The notes under the pieces were generated by a model. The model was not told the origin of the DNA. It worked only from the letters and a program-made list of their open reading frames with translations, and did not search any database. Positions 62,951-64,000 of a stretch of DNA of 64,000 bases are shown piece by piece; position 1 is the stretch's first letter; each line of letters begins with the position of its first letter. The position numbers were made by a program, and so were the translations under genes. Source of the stretch: Lama glama (Eukaryota); contig CM052817.1 of assembly GCA_028534125.1 (NCBI GenBank), positions 100,256,001 through 100,320,000 on the forward strand, given 5' to 3'.

Positions 62951-64000
62951 CAAGTTGATAAGCCTGGTCCAGATACTTTAACCTCTACACTTTCTGGGCT
63001 GTACCCATTGGGCTAGTGAGCAAGTTGCAGGCTTGGTTAAAATCAGGACAGAACCAAAAATAGCTCCTGCCAAGTGGTGGACTGATGACAGATCAGGAAG
63101 TTGTGGTCATGGGGTTTGTGTAGATTGAGGAGGAGACAAAACTGGGAAGATGCTGATAGAGTGGAGCCAATGGAAGAGTAAGGATCCCAAGCTCCCAACG
63201 AGCATGAAGTGTAGGTGAAGTGGATACAACAGGTAGGGGGCTGGAAGAGCAGGAGGCTGAGGTCTGAGGAGATACTGGAGTCACAAATTTGAAAGGTAAA
63301 ACAGAGAAAAGCCAAAGGACAATCTGGGTAGCGTGGAGCAGAGGCAAAGTTCACTGGCTTCAAGGAGAGAAAAAATAATTCTATTAATGTAAGCTAATGA
63401 TGGGGAGGCTAGTAGATAACCATGACAACCTATGGAAGATAGTTTGCTTAAACAATTTAGTGGGTCCCAAGCAGCATTTATTTGCTTTTTTTTTTAATGG
63501 AATGAAATAGGACAAAACAGAATTATCTGAAAGCATCACTCTTAACTTTAAAAGAATGTTAAAAGAAAATTATTTTAAGTGTGTGTGCTTGCGCACATAC
63601 TGAATCAAAATGTAAAATATATTTCTTCTTGATGGTTGTGATAAGTAAGAAAGAATTGAAGCTGAGATGATATGAACTCCAAAGCAGGGTTTTTACAGGC
63701 AGGTGATGAGGTGTGGAAGATGAGACAGGAAATTTCAGCCTGAGCTGCTTTTGGCTTGAGCCACGTGAACCCCAGGAGAACGAGCAATGGTCCAGTGGCG
63801 ACCCACAAGAGTAGTGGTATCTGGTTTAGACCTGCTGATAGAAGAAGCCATTCCTCTGAGGTTTGGAAGTGCTGAGAGCTGAGCACTCCCAGAACAAAGC
63901 ATGATCGTTACAAATGGTGTGATTTGGGGATGTAGGTTCGAGTCACAATATCCAGAAACCATAGCACTGCGACAATCAGTCAAGCACCTTTGTTTTGAGA

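Noticed and set aside
1..64000. Prokaryote-style system (operon, CRISPR, defence island)
   Set aside because: The sequence is CpG-depleted mammalian DNA full of eutherian repeats, with no gene-dense ORFs and no repeat-spacer array.

Overview
This is mammalian nuclear DNA, not prokaryotic. It is most likely camelid (alpaca/llama/camel), because it carries six tRNA-Ala-derived SINEs, five with the ACCTAATTACC-type tail of the Vic-1 family, plus cetartiodactyl-type L1 3' ends. I recognise no protein-coding gene. The ORF track is chance ORFs and L1 remnants, and there is no CRISPR array, rRNA or true tRNA. Much of the window is decayed interspersed repeat (L1, L2, L3/CR1, MIR, MaLR/ERVL/ERV1 LTRs, MER3/5/20/103, Tigger1). 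Family names come from recalled consensus sequences and boundaries are approximate unless a target-site duplication (TSD) is given. The non-repeat signal worth testing: a small CpG island with an RFX X-box and a splice donor at ~42.7 kb (candidate, possibly bidirectional promoter) with candidate exons on both sides; a motif-rich non-repeat block at 24.4-26.3 kb; a 36-aa sORF with lipidation-like motifs at both ends; two MER41-like LTRs with differently spaced STAT motifs; a 68-bp mini-LTR with an intact TSD; and two near-perfect tandem duplications. I cannot support a novel multi-gene system from sequence alone.
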